The notes below the pieces were generated by a model, which did no database searches, was not told the origin of the DNA, and worked only from the letters and a program-made list of their open reading frames with translations. Shown here piece after piece: positions 62,371 to 64,000 of a DNA stretch of 64,000 bases. The DNA lies in assembly GCA_051294375.1 (NCBI GenBank), contig CM119264.1, positions 24,158,002 through 24,222,001 of the forward strand, in the 5' to 3' direction. Each line of letters opens with the position of its first letter. The stretch's first letter is position 1. Origin of the DNA: Paraspadella gotoi (taxonomy: Eukaryota > Animalia > Chaetognatha). Made by a program: the position numbers and the translations under genes.

Positions 62371-63662
62371 GTATGATAAGTTAAACTTTTGATTCAGTAA
62401 ATAATAAGAAAGAAGAGAGAATTTATAATATGAGAGCATGAAATGACACAGCTATTTAAATTATATAAACATGATGTAAACATTTTAGTGCCAGACGGAC
62501 AGGACCAAGTAACGACAGTTCTCTACTAGTTTCCGAACTGTAGGCCGCCACTACTCGCTCTTACGCCACCGTGAATGTTATTGCCACAAGGCACAACACG
62601 ACAATTTATCGAATAAAAGTTCATCTCTAATAATGATGGATTAATAATTAAAACGTAGCTCTGATCCATAAACTAGCTAGCATTAAAAACTATACCAAAT
62701 TAAACTTAATTAAAATTATGTATTCGACAATTTATAAAGATACATTCATGAACATTGAACAAGCATGGATACGCAATGTGGTAGTTGGAATTTTGAAAGG
62801 TATTGTAATTAAAAACATTGAACAATATAAAATTAATAACATAAATATTAATAATTTTCTCTGTTTCGATACGTAATTATTTTGGGCAAGTGCAACATAG
62901 TTTTCGCTCACAATAAATCAATAAGTAACAACTGTGACGCTGTAAAATGCTGTAAAATGCTATAGTATAGACAGTAGAGTGGAGCACTCAAAAACAAAAA
63001 AATTATTTGAATGATGAACAATGGATATTTAGATGTGAGATAGTATGATTAACTAGTACAAAAATATTTTGTTCATATTATCTCGGGAACAGAATAGTAT
63101 ATAATATATTTTGTAGTAATATCCTTATAAAATAATAAATTTTAAAAATAATTTTTATAAAACTTTTATTAAAGATTCAGATTCTTCATAAAAAGTTGAA
63201 TCAAAATATAAAAACATGTTATCAAAAATTCTGTCATCTTCAATGTTTAAAATAAGAAAAAAGGTAAAATTCCGGACTTTTTTATTCTCTGTAGTAGAAA
63301 CTTATATATTGTTAAAACGTTTTAGTCATTTTTTGTGGTCTAAACATTAAAATATCATATAACATATTTTATAAAAGTTTCTTAGTTTTTAACAGCGAAT
63401 CCAAATCAGTTCTTAAAAATAAAAAAAATTATTTTAAAATTTGACGATTTTATAAGGATATTACTACATAAATAATTGAATTTGCTATACTGTTATGCTA
63501 AAAAAAAATTTAAAGGATTTTAAATTCATGAATTTATATGTCCATAGGCAGCAAAAAAATAATGTTCATCACTCAATCTTTTCATCACTCCACCCTAATA
63601 GACAGTACATACATACACGATTACATATTACGAATTCGTTATCTAATTCTTTTAGTTGTTAC

Positions 63663-64000
63663 GGATTTTTACGAAAACTTTTATTATTTCTGGGCAAAAC
63701 AGTCGGCGTTCTCCTGATTTCGTTTGTCCCGATATTCAAATCGACGGTGAACTTCAACGATGCCCGATTTCCTTCTCCTTTTCGCTCCAAATCTCTCATC
63801 GTCGTCGACGTCGTCGTCATTGATGAATCCGTTGTCAGATTTGTCGGCGTCAACGACTTTTTTGCAATCGTCTTTGTATTCGGTTTTCCCTTAGAGTCAG
63901 AAGACAAAAATTCATCCCCCGATCTCGTCCCTTTAACTTCTCTTCTCGCGACTTTTCCTTCATCTCCGATCCCCGTCTCGGCTTTCTCGTCAATCGGCAA
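63663..64000 (-). CDS. Probable coding exon (Thr/Ser/charged low-complexity), possibly an upstream exon of the giant EGF gene
   Basis: Open frame running off the window edge, exon-like GC content, possible donor CC|GTAACA at 63663. Linkage to the downstream exons is not established. Confidence 0.5.

Overview
Eukaryotic (animal, invertebrate-like) genomic DNA with GC-rich exons, short AT-rich introns and many microsatellites. It comes from a draft assembly with N-gaps and blocks that look like uncorrected long reads. Genes reconstructed by manual splicing: (1) the 3' half of a SCUBE gene (+, 6026-13463); (2) a divergent axonemal dynein light intermediate chain (DNALI1/p28-like) gene nested on the SAME strand inside a SCUBE intron (10911-12941); (3) a two-exon type I membrane protein with two LDLa-like repeats (-, 14929-16198); (4) SPEF2 (-, 16893-28383), with a candidate RFX X-box upstream; (5) a very large unnamed minus-strand gene (from about 61.6 kb or beyond, down to about 31 kb). 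Gene 5 encodes coiled coils, about 15 EGF repeats, a Lys/Thr-rich stalk, a long His/Asp/Asn tandem repeat (LHWSNDHGK...), an Ig domain, a ZPBP/Sp38-like domain, a Cys-rich repeat and a TM helix. Its introns hold an intron-containing tRNA-Tyr and a complete miniature LTR element (257-bp LTRs with tRNA-type A/B boxes, PBS, PPT, 4-bp TSD). About 36.97-53.7 kb is indel-riddled duplicate sequence, most likely an assembly artefact. Most notable: the His-rich EGF/ZPBP-like protein, the visible similarity of its Sp38-like domain to the SCUBE 'spacer', the same-strand nested dynein gene, and the tRNA-bearing TRIM. All family assignments rest on recalled motifs, not database searches.
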